Assembly (NCBI RefSeq): GCF_039541115.1
Contig: NZ_BAABFP010000005.1
Coordinates: forward strand, 806,001-870,000
Source of the DNA: Angustibacter luteus
GTDB lineage: Bacteria > Actinomycetota > Actinomycetes > Actinomycetales > Angustibacteraceae
Length of the DNA stretch: 64,000 nucleotides
Direction of reading: 5' to 3'
Position 1 is the stretch's first letter, and each line of letters opens with the position of its first letter. The position numbers and the translations under genes are program-made. This document shows, one piece after another, positions 1 through 9,289 of the stretch. Below the pieces are notes generated by a model. The model saw nothing but the letters and a program-made list of their open reading frames with translations, had not been told where the DNA came from and made no database searches.

Positions 1-105
1 GCTGACGTCCGACTGCCGCTGAGGCTGGTGTCATCCCAGCGGTTCGGCAGCGGCGTCGTCCACCTGCACTACGAGGTCGTGGCCGGTGGAGCCGGTCCGT
101 CCTGA
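1..105 (+). CDS. C-terminal end of a dihydrofolate reductase/RibD C-terminal family protein (partial, runs off window)
   Basis: Frame 1 reads ADVRLPLRLVSSQRFGSGVVHLHYEVVAGGAGPS*; LxLxxxxxFxSGVVxLxY is the typical RibD_C ending. Confidence 0.7.
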   Translation, partial: ADVRLPLRLVSSQRFGSGVVHLHYEVVAGGAGPS

Positions 106-425
106 GTCGCACCGTCCTTGCGGCTGAACACGAAGGCGATGAAGGCCAGGGCCGTCGCGGGCAGCAGCAGGATCCCGATCGAGAGCAGGCCGAGCAGCAT
201 GCACAGGGTGAACAGGATGGCGGCGACGAGGATCATCCAGCTCCGGCCGGTCATCGCCCCGCCGACGCTGAGCGCGCACGCGATGACCACCGCGGCGGCG
301 TAGCCCCACGCCACGCCGACGTCGTCCTGCTGGGAGAGCACGAGGCCGTAGACCACGAGGAAGAGCACGCCGAACACCGCGGCGACCACGGCCGGCCTCC
401 CGGCGCGGGCGGAGGTCGGGTTCAA
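69..425 (-). CDS. Small membrane protein (about 4 TM)
   Basis: Hydrophobic C-terminal part of ORF 69..875; probable TTG start overlapping the upstream stop (TTGA at 425-422). Confidence 0.6.
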   Translation of the reverse strand: MNPTSARAGRPAVVAAVFGVLFLVVYGLVLSQQDDVGVAWGYAAAVVIACALSVGGAMTGRSWMILVAAILFTLCMLLGLLSIGILLLPATALAFIAFVFSRKDGATQDGPAPPATTS

Positions 426-808
426 GCGCGACGCTCCCCGACGGCCTTCTTGACCAGGAAGAAGGGCAGCACGAACGCGGCGATGGCACCCGCGAGCCAG
501 ATGATCAACGCGGCCAGGATCCAGGTCGTGAGGCCGTCGATCGTGATGCCGTCCGAGATCAGCACCGTGACGATCAGCGCGACGAGCGTCGAGACGATGC
601 CGACGCCACCACTGAAGGCAGAAGCGTTCTTCTGCACCATGTTGGTCATCATGGGCGACAGGATCGCCTGGACGAGAGCGAAGATCACGGCCACCAGGAT
701 GTAGTCCCGCGCGTCCACGGTCAGGTCGGTCAGCAGCAGGTTGGCCACGATGATGCCGATCAGGGCCGACAGGAAGTACACCAGGATGCGGATCAGGAAT
801 CGGATCAC
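422..808 (-). CDS. 4-TM membrane protein, phage holin superfamily IV/YvlD-like
   Basis: VIRFLIRILVYFLSALIG...GGVGIVSTLVALIVT...GITIDGLTTWILAALIIWL pattern; GTG start at 808. Confidence 0.65.
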   Translation of the reverse strand: MIRFLIRILVYFLSALIGIIVANLLLTDLTVDARDYILVAVIFALVQAILSPMMTNMVQKNASAFSGGVGIVSTLVALIVTVLISDGITIDGLTTWILAALIIWLAGAIAAFVLPFFLVKKAVGERRA

Positions 809-862
809 ACGGGTCACGGTAGTCCCGTTGATCACCGACGTCGATAGCGACAGGCTGGGGCG

Positions 863-1213
863 ATGGGCAAACCACCAGAGGACGTCGACGCGTACCTCGA
901 GACGTTCCCCGACGACGTCCGGGATGTCCTCGGGCGGATCCGCCGGACCGCGCACGACGCGGTGCCAGGGGCGACCGAGAAGATCAGCTACGGCATACCG
1001 ACGCTGGTCCTGGACGGGCGCAGCCTCGTGCACTTCGCCGGCTGGAAGCAGCACGTCAGCCTCTACCCCGCGCCCGACGATCACGCTCTGGCGCAACGGA
1101 TCGAGCCGTACCACAACGGCAAGGGCACGCTGCGCTTCCCGCTGGACCGACCGGTCCCCTACGACCTCGTGGCGGACGTGGTGCGCGCGCTGGCCGCGTC
1201 CCGGGCGGACTAG
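863..1213 (+). CDS. DUF1801/YdhG-like protein
   Basis: VDAYL...EKISYGIPT...HFAGWKQHVSLYP...KGTLRFPLDRPVPYDL motifs. Confidence 0.85.
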   Translation: MGKPPEDVDAYLETFPDDVRDVLGRIRRTAHDAVPGATEKISYGIPTLVLDGRSLVHFAGWKQHVSLYPAPDDHALAQRIEPYHNGKGTLRFPLDRPVPYDLVADVVRALAASRAD

Positions 1214-1633
1214 CTAGCCCTGCGGGCGGCCGGCGATGTTGACCAGCCAGGCGACCCCGAACCGGTCCGTGCACATCCCGAAGCTGTCACCCCACGGCGC
1301 CTGCTCGAGCGGGACGGCGACCGTCCCGCCGGCCGAGAGCCCGTCCCAGTAGCGGCGCAGCTCGGCGTCGTCGTCCCCGCTGAGCGACACGGAGATCGCC
1401 GTGCCCGGGGTGTACTCCATGTGGTTCGGCGTGTCCGCAGCCATCAGGGTCAGCCCGGCCGGCGTCTCCAGCATCGAGTGCATGACCTTGTCCTGCTCGG
1501 CCGGGTCCTCGCTCGCCTGCATCTCGCCGAAGGTGCTCAGCGTGAGCTCGCCGCCGAGCACGGACTGGTAGAACTCCATGGCCTCACGGGCGTTGTCGCG
1601 GAATCCGAGGTACGGGTTCAGACGGTGGCTCAT
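1214..1633 (-). CDS. VOC/glyoxalase family protein (PhnB-like)
   Basis: LNPYLGF...AMEFYQSVLGG...APWGDSFGMCTDRFGVAWLVN. Confidence 0.9.
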   Translation of the reverse strand: MSHRLNPYLGFRDNAREAMEFYQSVLGGELTLSTFGEMQASEDPAEQDKVMHSMLETPAGLTLMAADTPNHMEYTPGTAISVSLSGDDDAELRRYWDGLSAGGTVAVPLEQAPWGDSFGMCTDRFGVAWLVNIAGRPQG

Positions 1634-1663
1634 GGGCGGTCTCCTCCGGTCGACGTCGTCTCG

Positions 1664-2482
1664 CTACCTCACATCCTGCCCATCCTGGCTGCCCAGCAGA
1701 AGGGCCACGTGGTCCGGCACGTAGCGCAGCTGGTCGCGGGGCGGACGCTGGTAGCCCTCCGGCTCAGGACGCTCGGGCAGGTCGATCGGCGCCCCCTGCA
1801 CGGGCCGGTACGGAATCGTCGAGAGCAGGTGGGCGATCATGTTCAACCGTGCACTGCGCTTGTCGTCGCTCTCGACCACGAACCACGGGCTGCGCTCGGT
1901 GTCGGTGTGCTCGAACATCTCGTCCTTGGCCCGCGAGTAGTCCTCCCACCGGGTGATCGACTCGAGGTCCATCGGGGACAGCTTCCACTGCCGCAAGGGG
2001 TCCCGCAGCCGGGACTCGAACCGGCGCTGCTGCTCGGTGTCGCTCACCGAGAACCAGTACTTGCGCACCAGGATGCCGTCCTCGATCAGCATGTCCTCGA
2101 AGGCGGGGCACTGGCGTAGGAACAGGTGGTGCTGGGCAGGCGTGCAGAACCCCATGACCCGCTCGACCCCGGCCCGGTTGTACCAGGAGCGGTCGAACAG
2201 GACGATCTCGCCCGCGGCCGGCAGGTGCTCGACGTACCGCTGGAAGTACCACTGCGACTTCTCGCGCTCCGTCGGCGCGGGCAGCGCGGCGATGCGCACG
2301 ACGCGGGGGCTCAGGTACTGCGTGATGCGGGTGATCACGCCACCCTTCCCCGCTGCGTCGCGACCCTCGAAGACGACCACGACCCGGCTTCCGGTGTCCT
2401 TCGCCCACAGCTGCAGCGTGACGAGCTCGGCCTGCAGCCGGGACAGCTCGGCCTCGTAGACCTTCTTGGTCAGCTTCGTCAT
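1664..2482 (-). CDS. ppk2: Polyphosphate kinase 2
   Basis: FEGRDAAGKGG Walker A, FDRSWYNRAGVERVMGFC, WKLSPMD motifs. Confidence 0.95.
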   Translation of the reverse strand: MTKLTKKVYEAELSRLQAELVTLQLWAKDTGSRVVVVFEGRDAAGKGGVITRITQYLSPRVVRIAALPAPTEREKSQWYFQRYVEHLPAAGEIVLFDRSWYNRAGVERVMGFCTPAQHHLFLRQCPAFEDMLIEDGILVRKYWFSVSDTEQQRRFESRLRDPLRQWKLSPMDLESITRWEDYSRAKDEMFEHTDTERSPWFVVESDDKRSARLNMIAHLLSTIPYRPVQGAPIDLPERPEPEGYQRPPRDQLRYVPDHVALLLGSQDGQDVR

Positions 2483-2504
2483 CGGGCCTCCCACCCGTGG
2501 GCGT

Positions 2505-3338
2505 TCACGCTCGGCGCTTGGCGTTGGTGCTGGCGTCGGGGACGAGCTCCACGTGCGGGCGCGACTGCCAGAGCGCCCACTCGGCGCTGACCTCCCCGGC
2601 GGTACGGATCAGCCGGGGCAGGTGCTCGTCGAGCAGCCGCTCGGTGGACGTCTCGGCCGCGTGCACGGTCACGTTCATCGCGGCCCGGACGGCGCCCGCG
2701 CCGTCGCGCACCGGCACGGCGATCGAGCGCACCCCCGGCGCGAGCTCCTCGTCGGCCAGCGCCCAGCCCCTGGCCCGCACCTGGACGAGGTCGTCGGCGA
2801 GCTGCTGCGGGGAGCGCCCGATCGACGGCGGCAGGCCCGAGCGGCTCGGCTCGACCAGCGCGGCGTCCAGCTCGGCGGGCGTCAGCGCCGCCAGCAGCAC
2901 CTTGCCCTGGGACGTCGACACGGCCGGGAAGCGGGTGCCGATCTCGACCCGCAGCGCGATCAGCTTGGGCACCGACACGCGGGCGACGTAGACGATGTCG
3001 GACCCGTCGAGCTGCGCCATGGACGACGACTCCCCGGTCCGGGCGACCAGGTCCTGCAGGTGCGGACGGGCGATGTCCCACATCCCCTGCGAGGCGATGT
3101 AGGCCATACCGAGCGCGAGCACCCGCGGGGTCGGCTCGAACACGCCGTCCACCGAGCGGACGAAACCCAGCTCCTCCAACGTCTTCAGCAGCCGCCGCGC
3201 CGTCGGACGGGCCAGTCCGGCGGCCGCCGCGACCTCGCTCAGCGACAGCCGTCGGTGATCCACGTCGAAGCAGGTCAGGATGTCCAGCCCGCGGGCCAGC
3301 GCCTCGACGAAGTCCGGACCCGTCCCCCGCCCTGCCAT
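2505..3338 (-). CDS. IclR family transcriptional regulator (PcaR/PobR-like)
   Basis: DFVEALARGLDIL HTH, LARPTARRLLxTL, DEELAPGVRSIAVPV effector domain; ATG at 3338. Confidence 0.92.
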   Translation of the reverse strand: MAGRGTGPDFVEALARGLDILTCFDVDHRRLSLSEVAAAAGLARPTARRLLKTLEELGFVRSVDGVFEPTPRVLALGMAYIASQGMWDIARPHLQDLVARTGESSSMAQLDGSDIVYVARVSVPKLIALRVEIGTRFPAVSTSQGKVLLAALTPAELDAALVEPSRSGLPPSIGRSPQQLADDLVQVRARGWALADEELAPGVRSIAVPVRDGAGAVRAAMNVTVHAAETSTERLLDEHLPRLIRTAGEVSAEWALWQSRPHVELVPDASTNAKRRA

Positions 3339-3346
3339 CTGCTCGC

Positions 3347-4846
3347 TCAGCTCCCGTCGTCCGCAGTCAGCCCGAAGACGCTGCCACGGGCCTGGTGCGT
3401 GGAGTCCGACTTGTAGGCCGTGTACTGGTACGGGTTGTCCAGCACCTCGTCGCGCGGCCGGTCCGGGTTCATGCCACCGGTCCAGTCGTCCTCGCCGAGC
3501 GTCGAGCGCAGGTACTCCACGGTCTGCTCCACCTCGCTGCGCACGGCGGCGAGGTCGGCGCCGACCAGGCGGTGCTGGTACTTGACCACGCGACCGTCGA
3601 CCAGGACGGTGTGCACGTCGCCGCGCTGGGCCTGGAACGCCACGTGGCCGTAGGGGTTCAGCAGCGGGAACGACACCGGCGAGCCGTCGTTCTTGATCAG
3701 CACGACGTCGGCCTTCTTGCCCGGCTCGAGGCTGCCCAGGTCGTCGCGGCCGAGGGCCTGCGCCCCGCCGCGGGTCGCCCACTGCACGACGTGCTCGGCC
3801 CGCAGGTGCACGTTGGTCACCGTGTCGCCCTTGATGTGGGCCTCGAGGTGCTCGCGGGAACGGTCCGCGCCGAGCGTGGTCCGCATGGCGGAGAACAGGT
3901 CCCCGCTCCACCAGACGCTCGTGTCCATCGACAGGGACACCGGGATGTCGTGCCGGCGGACCTGCCAGGTGGGCGGGTAGCCCTGGCCGGCGCTCTGCTC
4001 GGACTCCGTGGACACCGAGATGCTGCCACCGGTCGCCGCGATGCGGTGGTACGAGTCCGGCTCCAGGGTCGCGGCGTGCACGTAGACGCTCTCAGGGGTC
4101 ATGAAGCCGTTCTCGTGCATCAGCTTGATGCCCGCGTCGTTCGTCGCACCCCACACGCCGGCGTGCGTCGTGACCGGCAGACCCAGCTCCCGGGCCACCT
4201 CGAAGGCGGCGCGCTCGGGGAACTCCGGGTCACCGGTCACGTCGAAGGCGAGCTGGAAGCCCAGCATGTCGCCGGCTCCCGTCCGCCGACGTTCCAGGAA
4301 GGCCCGCACCGCAGGGTCGGCGGTCCACTCCCACGGCGCGGCCTGGATGTTGCCGTAGGCCAGCACGAACCGGCCGGGCACCGCCTGCAGCGCGTCCACC
4401 GCGGCCTCGGCGTGGTCCACGCTCTGCAGCCCGTGCGACCAGTCCACGGTCGTGGTGACCCCGGCCTCCAGCGCGTCCCAGGCCGAGACCAGGTTGCCGG
4501 CATGCACGTCCTGCGGGCGGAACGACTTCCCGTGCTCCAGGTAGTACCAGACGAAGTACTGGGTCAGCGTCCAGTCCGCGCCGTAGCCGCGCATCGCGGT
4601 CTGCCACATGTGCCGGTGGGTGTCGATCATCCCGGGCATCACGATCCCGCCGGACGCGTCGATCTCGAAGGTGCCCTCCGGGACGTCGAGCGCCGCACCG
4701 ACCGCGGCCACCCGGTCGTCCACCACCAGTACGTCGGCGTTCTCCAGCACGGTGCCCGCGTCGTCCATGGTCAGCACGGTCCCGCCGCGCAGCACGACCG
4801 GCCGGCCAGGCTCGGGCGACGACACCTCGGTGTGCACGTTCGACAC
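3347..4846 (-). CDS. Metal-dependent amidohydrolase (deaminase-like)
   Basis: PGMIDTHRH metal motif, GSLEPGKKADVV C-terminal motif. Confidence 0.9.
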   Translation of the reverse strand: MSNVHTEVSSPEPGRPVVLRGGTVLTMDDAGTVLENADVLVVDDRVAAVGAALDVPEGTFEIDASGGIVMPGMIDTHRHMWQTAMRGYGADWTLTQYFVWYYLEHGKSFRPQDVHAGNLVSAWDALEAGVTTTVDWSHGLQSVDHAEAAVDALQAVPGRFVLAYGNIQAAPWEWTADPAVRAFLERRRTGAGDMLGFQLAFDVTGDPEFPERAAFEVARELGLPVTTHAGVWGATNDAGIKLMHENGFMTPESVYVHAATLEPDSYHRIAATGGSISVSTESEQSAGQGYPPTWQVRRHDIPVSLSMDTSVWWSGDLFSAMRTTLGADRSREHLEAHIKGDTVTNVHLRAEHVVQWATRGGAQALGRDDLGSLEPGKKADVVLIKNDGSPVSFPLLNPYGHVAFQAQRGDVHTVLVDGRVVKYQHRLVGADLAAVRSEVEQTVEYLRSTLGEDDWTGGMNPDRPRDEVLDNPYQYTAYKSDSTHQARGSVFGLTADDGS

Positions 4847-4881
4847 GACTTCCTCCGTGGGCAGCTCGGCAACGGACGAGT

Positions 4882-5027
4882 GTCCGCTCAGCGGTCGAAC
4901 TCACGATGATCCCGCCTCCGCGCCCTGTCAACCCCCTCCCCGACGTGATGAGTTGCCGAGCCTTGACAGCCGCGTGAGGGGCCGCGCAGACTCGCCACGT
5001 ACGCGGACGTATGTCCGCATCGCGGCT
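4882..5027. promoter_or_regulatory. Divergent promoter region with candidate IclR operators
   Basis: Imperfect palindromes GTCCGCTCAGCGGTC (4882-4896) and GCGGACGTATGTCCGC (5003-5018); TTGACA at 4963-4968. Confidence 0.45.
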
Positions 5028-5044
5028 GAGGAGGTCTGCGCCGG

Positions 5045-6241
5045 ATGACGCGGGCAACGACAGGTGACGACGGGCCGGCCCCCACGGGCCCACTGGCCGG
5101 GCTGCTCGTCGCCGACTTCTCCCGGATCCTGGCCGGCCCCTACGCGACCATGCTGCTCGCCGACCTCGGCGCGGACGTCGTCAAGGTGGAGGGTCCGCGC
5201 GGTGACGACACCCGCGGCTGGGTTCCTCCGGTGCACGACGGGGTCTCGACGTACTTCCTCGGCGTCAACCGCGGCAAGCGCTCGATCGCCCTGGACCTGC
5301 GGGACGAGACGGACGCCGGGCTGGCCCGCGAGCTGGCCCGCCGGGCCGACGTGGTGATCGAGAACTTCAAGCCGGGTGGCCTGACCAAGTACGGGCTGGA
5401 CTACGACACCGTGTCCGCCGCGAACCCGGCGGTGATCTACAGCTCGATCAGCGGCTTCGGCTCCGGCGCCGGTCGCGAGGTCCCGGGCTACGACCTCATG
5501 GTGCAGGCGATGAGCGGCCTGATGAGCCTCACCGGTGACCCCGCCGGACCGCCGTTCCGGGCCGGCATCTCGGTGTTCGACGTGATGGCCGGCAACCACG
5601 CGACCATCGGCATCCTCGCCGCTCTGCACCACCGGGACGCGACCGGCGAGGGCCAGCACGTCGAGGTGAACCTGCTCTCGTCGGCGCTCACCGGCCTGGT
5701 GAACCACAGCTCGGCGTACGTGGCCGGTGGGACGGTGCCGTTCCGGATGGGCAACGCGCACCCCAGCGTCTTCCCGTACGAACCCCTTCCCACCGCGGAC
5801 GACGACCTGATCGTGGCCGCTGCCAACGACGGCCAGTTCCGCAAGCTGTGCCAGGTGCTGGACATCCCCGAGGTCGCGGACGACCCGCGCTTCGCAGGCA
5901 ACAGCGACCGGACCGCGAACCGCGAGGTGCTGCGGCCGATCCTGGAGGCGCAGCTGCGCCGCCGCGGCGCCGTCGAGTGGTTCGACCTGCTGGTGAGGGC
6001 CGGCGTGCCGAGCGGCCCGATCCAGACGATCGACGGCGGTTTCGCGATGGCGGAACGGTTCGAGCTCGACCCGGTCGTGTCCGCGGGCGAGGGCGAGCGG
6101 GCGGTCCCGACCACGCGGCACCCCGTCCGGTTCTCCCGCACGCCGGCGAGCTACCGGCTGCCCCCACCGGAGCTGGACGAGCACGGCGACGAGCTGCGCG
6201 GGTGGCTGACCGAACCACCAGCGGAGGACGGACGTGACTGA
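5045..6241 (+). CDS. Family III CoA-transferase (CaiB/BaiF)
   Basis: DFSRILAGPYATMLLADLGADVVKVE, NRGKRSIALDL, ENFKPG, GYDLMVQAMSG. Confidence 0.93.
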   Translation: MTRATTGDDGPAPTGPLAGLLVADFSRILAGPYATMLLADLGADVVKVEGPRGDDTRGWVPPVHDGVSTYFLGVNRGKRSIALDLRDETDAGLARELARRADVVIENFKPGGLTKYGLDYDTVSAANPAVIYSSISGFGSGAGREVPGYDLMVQAMSGLMSLTGDPAGPPFRAGISVFDVMAGNHATIGILAALHHRDATGEGQHVEVNLLSSALTGLVNHSSAYVAGGTVPFRMGNAHPSVFPYEPLPTADDDLIVAAANDGQFRKLCQVLDIPEVADDPRFAGNSDRTANREVLRPILEAQLRRRGAVEWFDLLVRAGVPSGPIQTIDGGFAMAERFELDPVVSAGEGERAVPTTRHPVRFSRTPASYRLPPPELDEHGDELRGWLTEPPAEDGRD

Positions 6242-7085
6242 CCAGGAGCAGCCGGGCCACCCCACGACGCCCAGCTATCCCACGGCCTTGGGCGCCTCGA
6301 CCCGCGACACGATCACGCTGCTCGGCCAGGACCTCGCCGCCGACGTGATGGGTTCTGTGGGGTTCGGGGAGCTGTCCTTCTGGCTGGCAACCCAGCGCCG
6401 TCCCAGCCCCGGCGAGGTCCGCGTCTTCGAGGCGGTGCTGGCCGCGCTGGCCGACCACGGGTTCACCCCGACGGCCATCGTGACCCGGCTGACCTACCTG
6501 TCCGCACCCGACTCGGTCCAGGGGGCGCTCGCGGCGGGACTGCTGGGCGGCGGCTCCCGGTTCCTCGGCGTCACGGAGGACACCGGACGATTCCTGCACG
6601 ACGTGCTGGACTCGGTGGACGGCGACCTGCCGGCCGACGAGGCGGCGTGGGACGCGCTGGCCGTCACCACCGTTGCCGCCCAACGGGCCGAGGGGCGCTT
6701 CGTCCCGGGCCTGGGTCACCACGTGCACAAGGACGGCGACCCCCGCACGCCCCGGTTGATGCAGATCGCCCGCGAGGAGGGGCTGTTCGGTCCGCACCTC
6801 GCGCTGTTCGACGCGATCGGCCGCGTGCACGCCCAGGTCCTCGGGAAGACGTTGCCGCTCAACGGTGCCGGTGTCTGCGGGGCCGCGCTGGCCGATCTCG
6901 GTCTGCCGCTGGAGCTGCTCCGCGGGTTCGCCCTCCTCGCGCGCACCGCCGGCCTCATCGGGCAGCTGGCCGAGGAGCTGCGCCGGCCGGTCGCCAACGA
7001 GGTGTTCCTGGCCGTCGACCTCAACAACCGCAGCGTCCCGCCGGAGCCCTACGTCCCCGACGTCCCCTCAGCAGGAGGTCCCTGA
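6234..7085 (+). CDS. Citryl-CoA lyase-like protein (citrate synthase fold)
   Basis: LADHGFTP, VPGLGHHVHKDGDPR, LPLNGAG, LARTAGLIGQLAEE. Confidence 0.85.
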   Translation: MTDQEQPGHPTTPSYPTALGASTRDTITLLGQDLAADVMGSVGFGELSFWLATQRRPSPGEVRVFEAVLAALADHGFTPTAIVTRLTYLSAPDSVQGALAAGLLGGGSRFLGVTEDTGRFLHDVLDSVDGDLPADEAAWDALAVTTVAAQRAEGRFVPGLGHHVHKDGDPRTPRLMQIAREEGLFGPHLALFDAIGRVHAQVLGKTLPLNGAGVCGAALADLGLPLELLRGFALLARTAGLIGQLAEELRRPVANEVFLAVDLNNRSVPPEPYVPDVPSAGGP

Positions 7086-7948
7086 TGGCCGAGCTCGTCG
7101 CCGTCATCGCGTCCACCCACCACCCGTTCTACCTGCGGGCCAGCACCGCAACCGGCGAGGAGCGGCCGCCGTTCGCGGACGAGTGGGTGCGCAAGGTCGA
7201 AGGCTTCCGCGAGACGCTGACGAAGGCCAACCCGGACGTGCTGCTGATGGTGGGCTCGGACCACTTCCACCAGCTGTGGCTGGACAACATGCCGCAGTTC
7301 CTCGTCGGTCACGCCGAGCAGTACGACGCCAACTGGTACAACGAGGAGCGCGAGTTCGGGCTGCCGCGGATGCACATGCGGGGCGACCGTGAGCTCTCCG
7401 GGTACCTGCTCCGCGAGGGTCTGGACGCCGGCTTCGACCTGGCGTTCAGCAACGAGCTGCGGATCGACCACAGCGTGACCTGCCCGATCATCACGCTGCG
7501 CCCGCAGAACGACCTGCCGATCGTCCCGGTGTACACGAACATCTTCGCCCCGCCGCTTCCCCAGCCGAAGCGCTTCGTGCAGCTGGGGCAGGCGATCCGG
7601 CAGATGGTCGAGGCCTGGCCCAGTGACAAGCGGGTGGCCGTCATCGGCACCGGCCACCTCTCGCTCGAGCTCGGTGGCCCGCGCCAGTTCGGTCCGCACG
7701 GCCCCGACCCCGAGTTCGACGCCCGGGCCGTCGAGTGGATCGCCTCGGGCGACCTGGAGGGCTGCCTGTCCGAGGTGACCCTGGACAGCCTGCACGCCCC
7801 GGGCAACGCCACCCACGGCTTCATGGACTTCATGCTGATGATGGGTGTCGCCGGTGAGGGCCGCAAGGCCGACTACGTCGACACGCTCGACCTGTTCCAC
7901 ACCATGGAGGCGTACTTCACCTGGTACCCGAACGGAGCGCCGGCATGA
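7085..7948 (+). CDS. LigB-type extradiol ring-cleavage dioxygenase, catalytic subunit
   Basis: STHHP, GSDHF, IDHS, KRVAVIGTG and PEFD motifs; ATG overlaps the upstream TGA. Confidence 0.82.
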   Translation: MAELVAVIASTHHPFYLRASTATGEERPPFADEWVRKVEGFRETLTKANPDVLLMVGSDHFHQLWLDNMPQFLVGHAEQYDANWYNEEREFGLPRMHMRGDRELSGYLLREGLDAGFDLAFSNELRIDHSVTCPIITLRPQNDLPIVPVYTNIFAPPLPQPKRFVQLGQAIRQMVEAWPSDKRVAVIGTGHLSLELGGPRQFGPHGPDPEFDARAVEWIASGDLEGCLSEVTLDSLHAPGNATHGFMDFMLMMGVAGEGRKADYVDTLDLFHTMEAYFTWYPNGAPA

Positions 7949-8307
7949 GCAAGTACCTGGTCAACAAGTTCCTCTTCACCGTCGACCGGGACCCCGAGCT
8001 GGTCGAGCAGTACCGCGAGGACCCGCGGGGCACGGTCGCCTGGTGGGAGCAGGAACGGGCGAACCACCTGCTGAGCTGCACCACTCCCGAGGCCTCCACC
8101 TGGCTGGCGTTCGAGGACCACGAGCGCGAGGCGCTGGCGACCCACGACCACGTCGCGCTGTTCGAGCTCGGCGCCCACCCGTTCCTGACCCTCACCCTGT
8201 TCATCGCGATGTTCGAGCGTGACTACGACGAGCCCCTGGGGTACCAGCTGCGCTACGGCGAGGCGCTGAAGCACCTCAGCCTCCCGTACGCCGACATCGC
8301 CACCTGA
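7945..8307 (+). CDS. LigA-like small subunit of ring-cleavage dioxygenase
   Basis: MSKYLVNKFLF...EREALATHDHVALFELGAHPFL; ATGA overlap with the LigB-like gene. Confidence 0.7.
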   Translation: MSKYLVNKFLFTVDRDPELVEQYREDPRGTVAWWEQERANHLLSCTTPEASTWLAFEDHEREALATHDHVALFELGAHPFLTLTLFIAMFERDYDEPLGYQLRYGEALKHLSLPYADIAT

Positions 8308-8311
8308 ACCC

Positions 8312-9271
8312 GTGCGCGCCGTCCAGCTGCACGAGGCCGGCCACCCGCCGGTGGTCGGCCACTGGGACCCGCCGCAGCCCGGCCAGGGCGAGGTGCTGGT
8401 CGACGTCCTGGCCGCGCCGATCACTCCGCTGGACCTGTTGTGCGCCAGCGGTTCCTCGTACTTCGGCGTCCCCCGCACGCCCTACGTGCCCGGCGTCCAG
8501 GGCGTCGGGACGGTGGACGGCGAGCTGGTGTGGTTCGCCACCAGCGCCGGTATGGCGCCGGGCGACGGCAGCATGGCCGAACAGACCGCCGTCCCGCGGA
8601 CCGCCACCGTCCGGCTCCCCGACGGTGCCAGCCCGACGGTGGTGGCAGCCCTGGGGCTGTCCGCGGTCGCCGCCTGGATGGCGTTGCGGTGGCGCGGCGA
8701 GCTGGTGGCCGGCGAGCAGGTCGTGGTGCTCGGCGCCGGTGGGGTCGTCGGACAGGCAGCGGTGCAGATCGCCCATCACAGCGGCGCCCGGCGGGTGGTG
8801 GCCGTCGCGCGGTCGCTGCAGGCGCAGTCCCGGGCCGCCCAGGCCGGAGCCGATGCGGTGGTCGCCCTGGACACCGAGGACGTCGCAACCCTGGCCGCCC
8901 GCATCGCCGACGCCTGCGACGGCCCGGCGGACCTGGTGCTCGACCCGCTGTTCGGGGCGCCGGCCGCCGCCGCGGCCCGCACCCTGGGGTCCGGTGGACG
9001 GCTGGTGAACCTGGGCTCCTCCGCCGGCGAGACCTGCCCCCTGGAGTCGGCCACCCTGCGCAGCAAGTCGTTGCGGGTGCTCGGCTACACCAACAACGCG
9101 CTCACCCACGAGCAGCGGCGCGAGGCCCTGACCGCGGTCGTCGACCTCGCCCTGGGCGGCCACCTCGCGGTCGACCACGACGTGGTGCCCCTCCACGAGG
9201 CCACGGGCGCCTGGCAGCGGCAGTCCGAGGGCACCCGGCACGCCCGCGCCGTCCTGGTGACCGACCGCTGA
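8312..9271 (+). CDS. MDR-family NAD(P)H quinone oxidoreductase
   Basis: PYVPGVQGVG, VVVLGAGGVVGQAAVQ, GGRLVNLG. Confidence 0.85.
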   Translation: MRAVQLHEAGHPPVVGHWDPPQPGQGEVLVDVLAAPITPLDLLCASGSSYFGVPRTPYVPGVQGVGTVDGELVWFATSAGMAPGDGSMAEQTAVPRTATVRLPDGASPTVVAALGLSAVAAWMALRWRGELVAGEQVVVLGAGGVVGQAAVQIAHHSGARRVVAVARSLQAQSRAAQAGADAVVALDTEDVATLAARIADACDGPADLVLDPLFGAPAAAAARTLGSGGRLVNLGSSAGETCPLESATLRSKSLRVLGYTNNALTHEQRREALTAVVDLALGGHLAVDHDVVPLHEATGAWQRQSEGTRHARAVLVTDR

Positions 9272-9289
9272 GACAGGTCGCCGGGTGGG

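Noticed and set aside
422..808. Holin-like gene as evidence of a prophage
   Set aside because: This 4-TM family is commonly chromosomal, and no endolysin, capsid or integrase gene is nearby.
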